Origin: an uncultured Pseudobdellovibrionaceae bacterium
GTDB lineage: Bacteria; Bdellovibrionota; FAC87; UBA2466
Direction of reading: 5' to 3'
Assembly (NCBI GenBank): GCA_964492125.1
Contig: CAZBJE010000001.1
Location: 4,018-68,017, forward strand
DNA length: 64,000 nucleotides
Positions 27,406 to 37,686 of the stretch are shown here, piece by piece. The notes beneath the pieces are model-generated. The model saw only the letters and a list, made by a program, of their open reading frames with translations. It was not told where the DNA came from and searched no databases. The stretch's first letter is position 1; each line of letters starts with the position of its first letter. A program made the position numbers and the translations under genes.

Positions 27406-28692
27406 TTAATTACGTTTCAAGTTGATCACTTCTTCCAACATCTGGTCGGCGCTGGTGATCGATTTTGCGCTCGCTTGGAATCCACGTTGCGCGCGGATCA
27501 TTTCTACGAATTCCGAGGCCAAGTCGATGTTCGAATGCTCCAGGCTGCGGGTTTGGATTGCGCCGCGGCCGTTCGTCTTCGCTTTACCGACTAGTGCTTG
27601 GCCCGATCCCGGGGTTTCCACGAAGGAGTTGGCACCCACCTTCGACAGTTTCTCGGTGGCATCGAAACGTGCCACCGCGATTTGGCCTAAGGTCCGGTTT
27701 TCACCGTTGGAATATACGCCGGTGATGAGACCGTCGGAATCCACTACTGTATCGGCCAACACGCCCGCCGTGTAACCGTCCTGAGTATTGCGGAAGACTT
27801 GGTTTGCTGTTCCGTACATCGTAGTGCCCTTAATGCCGGTTCCTTGAAGATCCATCGGGTCGCCGAAATCGAAGAATAGATTTTGTTCCGGAATCGCACC
27901 GCCGCGGAAGGAGGAATTTACCACCTGCTGCGCGCTGGTAGCCAAACGGCCGCTCTGGTCGAACGTCAATACACCGTTAGCGACTTCACCTGGCTTGCCG
28001 TCTTCTCCATTCACCAGCTGACCACCGTCGGTCATGGCATGCCATTCCCAGGTGTTGTCCGCCGTGCGGTTGAAATACAAGCTAACCGAGTGCGCGTTAC
28101 CGACCGAATCGTACACCTGCATCGCCGAGGCGAAGGTAGCCGTGTCTTCCGGGCGAGTAAGATCCAGGGGACCACCCACGGGTAGACGCGCATCTAAGTT
28201 GGCGTACAGTTCGACTTTTTGCGAGGCCCGGGCGGGGATGGCTTTGAAATCGAGGCGGATATCATCCAGACGACCGCCGATGCGACCGTCGGAGTCGGCT
28301 TTATAGGCCTGCACTTTCGAGCCGCCAATTGTCGTCAGCCAGCCTTCTTTGTCGAAGCGGAAAGATCCGTCCCGAGTGTAAGCGGTACCTTCATCACTGC
28401 GAGTGATGAAGAAGCCGTTGCCGTTCAAGGCCATGTCTGTGCTGTTGTTGGTGCGGGAAACCGAACCTTGAGTAAAGTTGGCGGTGACTCCGGCAACTTT
28501 AGCCCCTTGTCCGATTTGCTCGCCACCGGAAGCGTGAAATACGTCGGCGGCTATGAGGGAGTGGAACTCAGCGCGCGAGCCTTTGAAGCCGGTAGTATTG
28601 GCGTTAACGATGTTATCCGAGATGACGCTTAACATTTCGCCATTGGCTTCAAGGCCGGAAATGGCGGTAGACATAGACGATACAACACCCAT
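27406..28692 (-). CDS. flgE: flagellar hook protein FlgE
   Basis: N-terminal rod/hook consensus (MSTAISGLEANGEMLSVISDNIVNANTTGFKGS) and C-terminal consensus (ITSADQMLEEVINLKR); start at ATG 28692 with GGAGG RBS. Confidence 0.85.
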   Translation of the reverse strand: MGVVSSMSTAISGLEANGEMLSVISDNIVNANTTGFKGSRAEFHSLIAADVFHASGGEQIGQGAKVAGVTANFTQGSVSRTNNSTDMALNGNGFFITRSDEGTAYTRDGSFRFDKEGWLTTIGGSKVQAYKADSDGRIGGRLDDIRLDFKAIPARASQKVELYANLDARLPVGGPLDLTRPEDTATFASAMQVYDSVGNAHSVSLYFNRTADNTWEWHAMTDGGQLVNGEDGKPGEVANGVLTFDQSGRLATSAQQVVNSSFRGGAIPEQNLFFDFGDPMDLQGTGIKGTTMYGTANQVFRNTQDGYTAGVLADTVVDSDGLITGVYSNGENRTLGQIAVARFDATEKLSKVGANSFVETPGSGQALVGKAKTNGRGAIQTRSLEHSNIDLASEFVEMIRAQRGFQASAKSITSADQMLEEVINLKRN

Positions 28693-28817
28693 GGGATCCT
28701 CCGTTAGACAGTTAATGCAAGTGCTTCTATGGAGGGCCACAGGCCAGCACTTGCAGGTTTTGGAATTCCGACGCCGCTAATCCTGCGTCGAAAACTTTTG
28801 AAAATTGTTGGGCGCTA

Positions 28818-29237
28818 TCAAACGATGACGGCGCTATCGATGTTCGTGAAGATGCGCTCTTTTAGGTTAGCGGCGTCCATGGCGGTAATGACGGTGCGCG
28901 ATTTCACATTCGCGATCACGGCGACATTGCCCGCCAGAATCAAAGTTTCCCGGCTGCCTTTTTCGCGCGCCGAATCAATTCCGCCGCTTACCCGACGCTC
29001 TAAGTCTTCGTTCCAATTAATGGCGCGGGACTTGATGCGGGTCTCGGCGTGGTTTGAAAATTTAAGTCCGGAATCAGCCGGCGTTTCCGGCTTGCCGGGG
29101 AGTTCATTGTGCCGGAGCAGGACTTTCTCGAAGTCCGATACTTCGCCCGGCTTGGGCATGGGCTCCGGCGTGCTGCCGATGCGCGGCTCGACCGGGCCTA
29201 TGGGCCCCATCGTCCTGTAGAGGTCCGCGATGCTCAT
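28818..29237 (-). CDS. flagellar operon protein (small protein between flgD and flgE, TIGR02530-like)
   Basis: 139 aa; conserved position between flgD and flgE as in Firmicute/spirochete loci; 4-nt overlap with flgD. Confidence 0.4.
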   Translation of the reverse strand: MSIADLYRTMGPIGPVEPRIGSTPEPMPKPGEVSDFEKVLLRHNELPGKPETPADSGLKFSNHAETRIKSRAINWNEDLERRVSGGIDSAREKGSRETLILAGNVAVIANVKSRTVITAMDAANLKERIFTNIDSAVIV

Positions 29238-30073
29238 GGTTTACCCTCCATCCAACGTTGACCGGGATCGTAGTAACCGCTGCGCGGTGCCCACTCCTGA
29301 TCAGCGGAATTGGAGTTGGCCGCCACCGGCTTGTTCTCCGTCGGTGCGGGTGCGGGCTTAGCCCCCGCCGCTGGCATCTTGCCGTCGGCTGCTTTCTTGT
29401 CGTCTTCCGACCCGATGTTTTGGATCTTGGACAACTCGATCTTTTGCTGGCCGTTGGGTGCGTCGATGAGCAACATCGGGCTGTTGTTCACCATCTCCAC
29501 GCCGATGACTCGACCGGAGAGATGGGCGGACGATTCCTTAGCCTTGCCGTCGGGACCAGTGCCAGCTACACGGAACATGTATTTGCCGGTGGGTAATTTG
29601 GCGCCATCTTTGTCTTTGCCGTCCCAAGTGACCATCTTGCCGCCACCCTTGGGATCGACGTCGATTTCACGAACGAACTTACCGTCTCCGGCGTAAACGG
29701 AGACCTTTAACGGAGTGAATCCATTTTCAGGATTCACATGGATATCCGTTGGCTGATTTTCGATAAGCGAGACCTCGGCCGAACTGGCCTTGACCTGCTT
29801 GCCGATCATCCCCAACGCCTGCATTTTTTGCTCCTCCCCCATCCCACCTTCGAGTTTGTGGATTCCGTCGCCAATTTGCGTCAGCTTTTCGAGCGACGCG
29901 AACTGAGCGAGCTGGGCTCCGAACTCTTTGTGATCCATCGGGTTCAGGGGGTCCTGATTTTGCAGTTGGGCCATCATCAACTTCATGAAGTCGTCTTTGC
30001 CCATGGTTGTTTTATCCGCGACTTCGCCGCGATCCGTTAAATGCGAAGGTAATGCGCCGGTAAGTTCGTTCAT
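29234..30073 (-). CDS. flgD: flagellar hook assembly/capping protein FlgD
   Basis: FlgD N-terminal motif GKDDFMKLMMAQLQNQDPLNPMD; 279 aa. Confidence 0.8.
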   Translation of the reverse strand: MNELTGALPSHLTDRGEVADKTTMGKDDFMKLMMAQLQNQDPLNPMDHKEFGAQLAQFASLEKLTQIGDGIHKLEGGMGEEQKMQALGMIGKQVKASSAEVSLIENQPTDIHVNPENGFTPLKVSVYAGDGKFVREIDVDPKGGGKMVTWDGKDKDGAKLPTGKYMFRVAGTGPDGKAKESSAHLSGRVIGVEMVNNSPMLLIDAPNGQQKIELSKIQNIGSEDDKKAADGKMPAAGAKPAPAPTENKPVAANSNSADQEWAPRSGYYDPGQRWMEGKP

Positions 30074-30086
30074 GAATCAACTTTCC

Positions 30087-31394
30087 TTACACACGGACGT
30101 CCAAGCGTCCCGCGTTCCGGTTCCGTGTTACCGGTGTCTCCGCAAGGAGATCGCGAGACCAAAGCCGCTCTTCCCGGGTCTGACGAGAGAAGCTCCCGCT
30201 TCCCTCCCGTGAGGATTGACCTTGCTGGTGGTTAGTACCTTGACCGAAGTTCATCGAGGCGAACGAGGATTCGCGCGCCGTATGCACTTCAGCGCTGGTC
30301 AGATTCAAGTCCTGCGATTGCAGGGCTTGTTGCAGATCAGCCATCCCACCTTCCAGGGCAGTGCGCGTTGTTTGGCTATCCGAATGGATAGACAATTCAA
30401 CATTCTTGCCACGGGTGGTGAGTTCGATCGTGAGTTTGCCCAGCTCTGGTGGGTCGAGCAGCATCGTCAATTTGCCCCCGCCCTGCTGCACTAGGTCCTC
30501 CAACTTAGGAAGAACTTGTGGAATCAGCTTGGGGGTACTGGCGACATGCCCGACTTCCGGCTTCACTGCGGCCTCAAACGATGTGGACGAATCTTGGATT
30601 CGCTCACCCGTTGTGGACGTGAGAAACGCGGTATCAGGTTGGGTTTTCTTCTCTTCCTTGATCTTCGGTGCTGTCTCGGGCAGTTCCGGAGAAGACTGCA
30701 CTGGCATCGGCACAACCGACTTAGCTGAAGCCTTCTCAGCCACGTTGGTTGGAATCTGCGTTTGCTTTTGTACAGTTACCCGATTATCTCGCTCGACGTT
30801 TGCGGCCATCAGCTTCATCAAGCTGTGCTGGCTAGAATCGGCGTGCGAGTGGATCGGAGCTTCCTCTACCTTCACTTCCTTAACGTCGCCCCAAACGGAA
30901 CTCAGAAGTTGCTGCAGCTGTTTAGGCTGAAGGTCCTCCACTGGCGCTTGTAACAAGGCTTGAACATCCACCCCTGTTAGAACCGCCGCGTTCCCGTCGG
31001 AAAGCGGTTCGGAAATTTGGAAGAAATCGATATTCGGATCCAGAACCACGTTTTCAGGCGTGGCTTTCGGTACCGGTATCGGATTCGGCGTAATCGTATT
31101 CGTAGTCGTATCTTGCGTACCAGGAACTGTCGGAGTCGGTAACGGCAGATTCAACGCACTCAGCGCTTGCTCGGCTACCATCGGCATTGCCGCATCTTGG
31201 CCGAAGTTCTGCGCCCCCAGGTTGAAGCCTGTGGTTGCGTCGGGATCTGTTTGCCACCATTCCGGAGTCTGGCTCGCTGCTTGGAGGCCCAGTAAAGCGC
31301 TCATAAAATCGAAGCCTTCTGTCCCAAGCTGCTGGCCGTCCGGTGACTGGGTCGCTAGTCCCGGACTCTTTTGGATTGATTGTATATTTGCCAT
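30087..31394 (-). CDS. fliK: flagellar hook-length control protein FliK
   Basis: Low-complexity Pro/Thr-rich N-region and conserved FliK C-terminal domain (LTMLLDPPELGKLTIELTTRGKNVELSIHS); strong RBS AAAGGAGG. Confidence 0.65.
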   Translation of the reverse strand: MANIQSIQKSPGLATQSPDGQQLGTEGFDFMSALLGLQAASQTPEWWQTDPDATTGFNLGAQNFGQDAAMPMVAEQALSALNLPLPTPTVPGTQDTTTNTITPNPIPVPKATPENVVLDPNIDFFQISEPLSDGNAAVLTGVDVQALLQAPVEDLQPKQLQQLLSSVWGDVKEVKVEEAPIHSHADSSQHSLMKLMAANVERDNRVTVQKQTQIPTNVAEKASAKSVVPMPVQSSPELPETAPKIKEEKKTQPDTAFLTSTTGERIQDSSTSFEAAVKPEVGHVASTPKLIPQVLPKLEDLVQQGGGKLTMLLDPPELGKLTIELTTRGKNVELSIHSDSQTTRTALEGGMADLQQALQSQDLNLTSAEVHTARESSFASMNFGQGTNHQQGQSSREGSGSFSRQTREERLWSRDLLAETPVTRNRNAGRLDVRV

Positions 31395-31451
31395 TTCATA
31401 TTCACCTCCTTTCTAATTCTGGAAAGCCCCGGTAACCGGCGCTTGTATGAC

Positions 31452-32108
31452 CTAAGGATTTAAAATTGTAGTGGCCGGCGGCTTTTCATTTGCCGACGAC
31501 AAAAATCGTTTTGTGATGTCCCGTGCTTTAGCCGGATCCATTTTCGCCAAAATGTCCGCTGCGTGCTGCTGGCGCATACCAGACAAAACCCGTCCAGCGA
31601 GTTCGGCTTCCAAGTCATCTAAAATTCGAGCCGCTTTCTTAGCTTCCATTTTCTCGTAAACGCTGCGGAACGCGTTCACCTTCTCATCGCGGGCCGATTC
31701 AAGCGCCTTCACTTCACCTCGGAGCTTGGCCAATGTGCCTTCGTACTTTCCGAGCTGTTGTTCTAGGAATGCCTGCTTTTCATTGAGCTCACGTTCCCGG
31801 TTTTTCAGCGCGGCTTCGCGTTCGTCGACCTTCTTCTCTCGGTCCTTCAAAACACCGTGGAGCTTCTGCAGATCTTGCTCAGAAGGCCCCGTGTGGGCCG
31901 TAGCCTCGGGAGTGGAGGCCAGTTCGCGCGCTTTGGAGAGTTCCTCCAAGCGCTTGTGGTAGCGCTCCCGCAGTTCTGCATGAGAGGGCTCGCGCGGAGG
32001 TGCACCGGCGGCCGCTGGCGGTGGCGCCGACTCATGGCCATTGGCGTACGCAGGTTGGGCGACTAGCAGAGCGCCAATGAAACTCGCAATTGTGAATACT
32101 CTCTTCAT
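31452..32108 (-). CDS. MotE/YlxF-like flagellar protein (MgtE-N-like helical domain)
   Basis: Signal peptide, coiled-coil, C-terminal motif YEKMEAKKAARILDDLE...ADILAKMDPAKARDI; position between fliJ and fliK as ylxF in Bacillus. Confidence 0.45.
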   Translation of the reverse strand: MKRVFTIASFIGALLVAQPAYANGHESAPPPAAAGAPPREPSHAELRERYHKRLEELSKARELASTPEATAHTGPSEQDLQKLHGVLKDREKKVDEREAALKNRERELNEKQAFLEQQLGKYEGTLAKLRGEVKALESARDEKVNAFRSVYEKMEAKKAARILDDLEAELAGRVLSGMRQQHAADILAKMDPAKARDITKRFLSSANEKPPATTILNP

Positions 32109-32110
32109 GG

Positions 32111-32563
32111 CTAGTCTCGATCCCCTTGTGACGCAATTCCGCGAGCCCGACGCAACTGCACAAAATCGTCGATGGCTTTTTGTTCTTTGCGCGTACGGTC
32201 CAATCTAAACTCCGCGATCCGTTTTTCTTTCAGCGACTCCAGCGAACGCCGGCGTTGCGAAAGACGAATCAAAGCTTTCTGTTTCTTATCCAGCGCTTCG
32301 TACTCTTCCACCCGGAGCGCCGCAATACGGCGATTTTCCTCCATGGTCGGCACGATGGAATGCCGGTGAGCATCCCCTTCCAAGGTATTCACCGCCCGGG
32401 TACTCACCTCAATGGCGGTGCGGATCTTGGTCTCCAGTTTGGCGGTGTACTTATCCAAGAAGGAGATACGCTGCAGAATCCCGGCAATCTGAGTCTTGGT
32501 TTGGTTCTCTCGCAAAAGTGCGAACCGCAACGCTCGCTCCAGGCGAAAGGCGAACTTGCGCAT
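32111..32563 (-). CDS. fliJ: flagellar export chaperone FliJ
   Basis: 150-aa coiled-coil protein, directly downstream of fliI with 1-nt overlap. Confidence 0.55.
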   Translation of the reverse strand: MRKFAFRLERALRFALLRENQTKTQIAGILQRISFLDKYTAKLETKIRTAIEVSTRAVNTLEGDAHRHSIVPTMEENRRIAALRVEEYEALDKKQKALIRLSQRRRSLESLKEKRIAEFRLDRTRKEQKAIDDFVQLRRARGIASQGDRD

Positions 32564-33894
32564 TAACCATTACCCATCAGGTCGAGAACCTGGGAACGGG
32601 TGGATGCGAAATCTCCGCGTTCATCCCGATCCTGCTTCAAAAATTTGCGGATTTTAGGCGCCATTTCGATGCAGTGGTCGATCTCGGGATCGCTACCACG
32701 GCTGTACATCTGGTACTGAATGGCGTCCTCGTTCTCCTGGTAACGCGCGAGCAATTCTTTGAGCTCACGTGCGGCTTTGCGGTGCTCCGGAGTCACCACC
32801 GAGTCCATCACCCGGCTGATGCTTTGCAAAATATCAATCGCCGGGTACTGCCCGCGATTCGCCAAGCGCCGCGACAAAACAATATGGCCGTCCAAAATAG
32901 CGCGGGCGGCATCGGCGACGGGATCTTCCATGTCGTCGCCTTCGACCAGCACGCTGTATAGACCCGTGATGCTGCCGGCTTTGCCCCAGTTCCCGGCGCG
33001 TTCCACGAGCCGAGCGAGGGAAGTAAACACAGAAGCGGGGTACCCCTTAGACGTCGGCGCTTCGCCGGCCGCGCTTCCGATTTCTCTTTGCGCCATAGCA
33101 AAGCGAGTGAGCGAATCCATGAGCAACAAAACATTTTTGCCATCGCGGCGGAAGTACTCCGCGACAGCGGTGGCCACATAGGCGCCTCGCACGCGGCGCA
33201 CAGGCGATGTATCGGCGGTTTCGGCAATCACCACCATTTTCTTACGCGCCTCGGGTCCCAACTCATGCTCCAAGAAATCGCGTAGCTCGCGACCGCGCTC
33301 ACCAATCAACGCGAGCACCACTACGTCGGCAGAGGTATGGCGGGCCAGCATTCCTAGCAAAACGCTCTTGCCCACACCCGAACCGGCAAAAATCCCCAAA
33401 CGCTGCCCCTGACCACAGGTGAGGCACGCGTTCACTGCGCGTACTCCCAGATCTAGGGGCCTTAAAATCCGTTCCCGTTCCATGGGATTCAAAGGCAACC
33501 CGTAGAGTGGGATTCGCTCGTGCAAACCTTCGATTTTGCCACCTTCGTAAGACCGAAGCGTCGAATCAACCACCGCCCCCAACAAACCGGGGCCCGCCGG
33601 AATGTAACCCGTCTCCTCCGACAGCACGACCGAGTCGCCCAGCTGCACGCCCGTCAAATCATCGAGCGGCATGGCAATATGGCCCTCGGGGTGCAAACCC
33701 ACGATCTCCACCGCCACAGGGCCACTGAGGCATTGAATTAGGCAAAGCGAACCCACACGAGCTCCGGGCATATTGATGCGCACGGAATCCCGACTCACCC
33801 GTTTCACTTCGCCATAAAACTGCACGAAGGTCTCGGAGCGAACGGCTTCGCTATAGCGTTCAAGGGGTGTTTGCATGAGCTCCCAAAAATTCAT
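32563..33894 (-). CDS. fliI: flagellum-specific ATP synthase FliI
   Basis: Walker A GSGVGKSVLLGM, F1/T3SS ATPase core; 443 aa. Confidence 0.9.
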   Translation of the reverse strand: MNFWELMQTPLERYSEAVRSETFVQFYGEVKRVSRDSVRINMPGARVGSLCLIQCLSGPVAVEIVGLHPEGHIAMPLDDLTGVQLGDSVVLSEETGYIPAGPGLLGAVVDSTLRSYEGGKIEGLHERIPLYGLPLNPMERERILRPLDLGVRAVNACLTCGQGQRLGIFAGSGVGKSVLLGMLARHTSADVVVLALIGERGRELRDFLEHELGPEARKKMVVIAETADTSPVRRVRGAYVATAVAEYFRRDGKNVLLLMDSLTRFAMAQREIGSAAGEAPTSKGYPASVFTSLARLVERAGNWGKAGSITGLYSVLVEGDDMEDPVADAARAILDGHIVLSRRLANRGQYPAIDILQSISRVMDSVVTPEHRKAARELKELLARYQENEDAIQYQMYSRGSDPEIDHCIEMAPKIRKFLKQDRDERGDFASTRSQVLDLMGNG

Positions 33895-34588
33895 TAATCT
33901 TGTCGGTCAGCTTTTCCACTTCCGCTTGTGGCGCAAAGAGGATTCCGCCGCCGTCGAGTTCCACCCGCATTTGCTGGTCGGAAAGCGAGCGATCTTCGGC
34001 CCATTCCCAGTGGGGGGCGGAACCGGTGGCACTGGCGCGCACGCGCTCCATCACCGACGGTGCCAACACCACCCGAATCTTGGCCTGACGGGACAAGTCT
34101 CCAATCGACTCTTCCAACCAGGACTTCAAACCTTTGAGCCGTTCCGGATCGAGCGGGATCAGAAACCGGCGGCCCAAATGCGCAATGGCCTCGCACCACA
34201 ATCTTTCGTGCGCGTGCAAGAGCGCTTCTTTCTCTCGAATAAGCGTGGCCGCAACCTGTTCTAGATCCGCAAAAAGCTTTTGGGCTTGGGTGCGGGCTTC
34301 TGCCAGCCCCTGCTCCATGCCCTGCTGCCGCGCGCCTTCGAATATCGCTACCCGCTGCGGAGCCGACTCCGAATCAATCATTTGCTTGGCACGTGCCTCC
34401 ACGCGCTCTTCAAATTCCTTTTTCACCTCGGCATCTCTTTCCAGGGTCTCCCAGAATGCAGAAGGCATGGTGAAACGCACCGGCTTCGTGACGGGCATGG
34501 GGATGCCAATCGATCCGGAGGAGAGTGGAGCGCCGGAAACTAACGGCGACAACTCAGGGAATAACTTCTTGGTCTTCGCTGAATCCAA
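33860..34588 (-). CDS. fliH: flagellar assembly protein FliH
   Basis: Position between fliG and fliI; charged coiled-coil N-half, FliH/NtpE-like C-half; TTG start in track, true start may be an internal ATG. Confidence 0.5.
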   Translation of the reverse strand: MDSAKTKKLFPELSPLVSGAPLSSGSIGIPMPVTKPVRFTMPSAFWETLERDAEVKKEFEERVEARAKQMIDSESAPQRVAIFEGARQQGMEQGLAEARTQAQKLFADLEQVAATLIREKEALLHAHERLWCEAIAHLGRRFLIPLDPERLKGLKSWLEESIGDLSRQAKIRVVLAPSVMERVRASATGSAPHWEWAEDRSLSDQQMRVELDGGGILFAPQAEVEKLTDKINEFLGAHANTP

Positions 34589-35630
34589 TGACTATCTTCC
34601 CTTCATCTTGGAGCCGTTTCATAACTGTTGCGATTTGGCGCTGCGCGCTCTCTACGTCGGACACCTTTTGAGGACCGAGAGCCCCTAAATCCTCGCGCAA
34701 CATTTCGGCAGCGCGCTGGGACATCGCGGAGAAAATCTTTTCCCGCACTTCTTCGGGGGCACTCTTTAGCGCCAACAGCAGACGATCTTGGGGAACTTCG
34801 CGCAGAATGAGCTGTACGCCGCGGTCGTCGATTTTGCCGATATCCGCAAAAGTGAGCATGTGTTGACGAATTTCCTCGGCCAAGATGGGGTCCTTGTCTT
34901 CCAACCGGGTCATCAACGAGTTCATCGTTTTTTTGTCCAGGTTGTTGACGAGTTCTGCCACCGCCAGGACGCCGCCAAATTTATTGGTGCGCGCCTTTCC
35001 GGAGCTAGCCAATTCCTTCTTGAGCATGTCGTCGAGCTCGTCCACCTTTTCTGGCGCCACGTATTCAAGACTCGCCATGCGCAGCACAACTTCGGTGCGA
35101 ATAGAGTCGGGGAAGTTGCGCAGGGTCGAAATCTGCTTGGTAAGGTCCATGTGGGCCATCACCAATGCGATGGTCTGAGGGTGCTCCTCCACTAAGAACT
35201 CGGCGATTACTTTGGGCTCGACGGACTCGAGTACCGTAAGATGCTTTTGATCGACCAGATTGACTGCGCTGAGCGATCCGAAAATCGCTTTGGCCCGTTC
35301 TTCGCCCAAGCCTTCTTTGATCACATTGGGTTCCGAAAGTTTTTCGTCGAAAATAATATCTTCCCGCTCAGAAATCTTGAAAAGGTACTCACGCAACACG
35401 CTATTGATCAAGGCGATGGGGGCCTTGCGCATTTCGCCCATCACTTTGAGCAAGCGGCGGACGTCCGTGTCTTTAAGGTCCTTCATCATGCCGAACGACT
35501 TCTCTTTGCCGAGAACGTTCATCAGGATCGCAGTTTTTTCCAACCCACTAAGCGTGGCGGCCTTACTTTTGGTCGTCGGGGGCTTGGGTTGTTTCACTGC
35601 CATGGCAGCGACGGCGGCATTCGATTTCAT
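34554..35630 (-). CDS. fliG: flagellar motor switch protein FliG
   Basis: FliG middle and C-terminal domains (EHPQTIALVMAHMD..., charged torque helix region); 358 aa. Confidence 0.8.
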   Translation of the reverse strand: MKSNAAVAAMAVKQPKPPTTKSKAATLSGLEKTAILMNVLGKEKSFGMMKDLKDTDVRRLLKVMGEMRKAPIALINSVLREYLFKISEREDIIFDEKLSEPNVIKEGLGEERAKAIFGSLSAVNLVDQKHLTVLESVEPKVIAEFLVEEHPQTIALVMAHMDLTKQISTLRNFPDSIRTEVVLRMASLEYVAPEKVDELDDMLKKELASSGKARTNKFGGVLAVAELVNNLDKKTMNSLMTRLEDKDPILAEEIRQHMLTFADIGKIDDRGVQLILREVPQDRLLLALKSAPEEVREKIFSAMSQRAAEMLREDLGALGPQKVSDVESAQRQIATVMKRLQDEGKIVIGFSEDQEVIP

Positions 35631-35640
35631 TCGTTCCTCA

Positions 35641-37365
35641 TTAGGGGGTAGCTAGCGCGCGCAAGAGAGGCCTGTCCGAGACCCCGCCTTCGCGGCGATC
35701 ATCGGGCTCTTCCAACCACTCTTCGATAACCGCTAAACCCTTCTTGGGTGTGGCACCTAGGCGGTCCATGATGCGACGGCGAAGTTCCATTTCCTCACGC
35801 TTTTCCAGCGGCTCGGCTTCTTCAGGAAGCACTCCGTCGGCGAGCGCTAAACCCGGGGCGCTGCCGGAGGCGGCTGCGAGGCCGTTGGCACCGGCGGTTT
35901 CAGCTTGGATTTCCGCTACTGTGCGCGGGAATTGCTCCAGGCTTGCCTCCAACGAGCTGCGGCGTGAACGACGGCGCAAGAAGAGCAGCATTCCCATCGA
36001 GAGCGGGATCATCGCGGCCAAGAAAATCAAGCCCACGCGCATCGCAATGGGTTGGCTTTGGAACCAGCCGACCGTTGGCGCGGGGACTTCTTCGGGGAGA
36101 AATTCTGTTGAGCGAAATGGCAAGCAGGACACCGTAATTGAATCGCGGCGCTGTTCGTCGAAGCCCACCGAATTGGCCACCAACTGCTGCAAGCGTTTCA
36201 GCTCTTCATCCGAGCGCGGAGAGAACTGCTCGGTGCCATTCACGGTGGTGTAGTAGCCATCCACAATTACGGCAACGGTCAGGCGCTTGAGATTCCCCGA
36301 TGGCTTATCAGTAACTTGGATTTTGCGTGGGACGTTGTAGCTGGTGTTCTTAACGCTCTTTTCGGAGCTCGTGCTGGCCATGGGAACGGCGGGACTCACT
36401 GCCTCCGCGCCAGGTAGGTTCGAGCGGCTGCCCGGAATACCAATCGGATTGGGCTTACTACCCGTGGTGGTTTCCTCGTTGCTGACGGAATTACGTACCG
36501 CCGACTTCTCTGGATCAAAACTCTCTTCGGTGGTGTTTACGCGGGAGGGATCGATTTCGGCAGCAACTTTGGCGCGTACTTTTCCCATCCCGACCACGGG
36601 GCTTAGAATTTCCTCTACGCGTTTCTCGAACTCGACTTCCATGTTGTGCTGATTTTCCAGCAGTGTGGTAGACAGGCCCGAGGCTGCACCCTCGTCTTCG
36701 GGGCGGTGGAGAAAGTTGCCTTGAGTATCGACGATGGAGACATTGTTAACCTTAAGGCCTTCCACAGCACTAGCCACTAGATGGGCAATACCGTTGATTT
36801 CGCCCTTAGAGGGACGTTGCCCGCGACGCAGCTCCAGAATAACCGATGATTTGGGCGGTTCCTCTTCTTCCAAGAAGGTTTTCTTGGGGGGAATGCTGAT
36901 ATGGACCCGCGCCCGTTTTACTGACGCCAACTGCTGAATGGAGCGAGTCAGTTCGCCTTGCACCGCGCGCACATACTGAATGCGCTGGACATAGCTCGAC
37001 ATCCCTAAAGTTGCCGAATCGAACTTTTCAAAACCCACCACGCTGCTACCCGGCAGGCCGACCTTAGCCAACTCCATCCGAGCCCGCGCGACTTCACTCG
37101 CGGGTACGCTGACAGTAGTGTTGTCGGGTGACATTAAGTGATTGATCTTCTGCTCACCCAACGCCTTCGCCACGCCGCGCGCCTCTTCGGCCTGCAGGTC
37201 TGTATAGAGAACTTGCATGGGATCTTGGCTACCAATAATTTTGGCAGCCACCACTCCCAGCACTGCCACGCCTGCTATCACGGCAACGCCGAGACGCATT
37301 GTGGCAGACTGTTTTCCCCACCACAGCTGGACCGTGGCGATAGCTTTCGACAGCGTTTCATTCAT
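35641..37365 (-). CDS. fliF: flagellar M-ring protein FliF
   Basis: 574 aa; N-terminal TM, YscJ/FliF secretin-like periplasmic domains, second TM near C-terminus (AMRVGLIFLAAMIPLSMGMLLFL). Confidence 0.85.
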   Translation of the reverse strand: MNETLSKAIATVQLWWGKQSATMRLGVAVIAGVAVLGVVAAKIIGSQDPMQVLYTDLQAEEARGVAKALGEQKINHLMSPDNTTVSVPASEVARARMELAKVGLPGSSVVGFEKFDSATLGMSSYVQRIQYVRAVQGELTRSIQQLASVKRARVHISIPPKKTFLEEEEPPKSSVILELRRGQRPSKGEINGIAHLVASAVEGLKVNNVSIVDTQGNFLHRPEDEGAASGLSTTLLENQHNMEVEFEKRVEEILSPVVGMGKVRAKVAAEIDPSRVNTTEESFDPEKSAVRNSVSNEETTTGSKPNPIGIPGSRSNLPGAEAVSPAVPMASTSSEKSVKNTSYNVPRKIQVTDKPSGNLKRLTVAVIVDGYYTTVNGTEQFSPRSDEELKRLQQLVANSVGFDEQRRDSITVSCLPFRSTEFLPEEVPAPTVGWFQSQPIAMRVGLIFLAAMIPLSMGMLLFLRRRSRRSSLEASLEQFPRTVAEIQAETAGANGLAAASGSAPGLALADGVLPEEAEPLEKREEMELRRRIMDRLGATPKKGLAVIEEWLEEPDDRREGGVSDRPLLRALATP

Positions 37366-37380
37366 AAATTAGCTCTAGAA

Positions 37381-37683
37381 TCAGACCTGCATGCGCAGAA
37401 TTTCGTTGTAGGCTTCAATCGCTTTGGTACGGAACTGCACCATCAGCTTAAAGGCGGTCTCCGCTTTTTCGGTTGCCACCATGGACTCGTGGAGGTTTTC
37501 GGTCTTACCCAAAGCCAAATCAGTCGCTTTGTTGTCAGACTCGTTCAAAAGTTGATTTACCTCGCCCATCGATTTTTCGAGATAGGACAGGAAGGAAGAG
37601 CCTTCGCCGCGTTCTTCGAAAACCTTTGGAGAGGAAATCTCCATTGGTTGCATCATGGGCATTCTATCGAATTTTATTTCCAT
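37381..37683 (-). CDS. fliE: flagellar hook-basal body protein FliE
   Basis: 100 aa with FliE C-terminal consensus (ATEKAETAFKLMVQFRTKAIEAYNEILRMQV). Confidence 0.75.
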   Translation of the reverse strand: MEIKFDRMPMMQPMEISSPKVFEERGEGSSFLSYLEKSMGEVNQLLNESDNKATDLALGKTENLHESMVATEKAETAFKLMVQFRTKAIEAYNEILRMQV

Positions 37684-37686
37684 CTA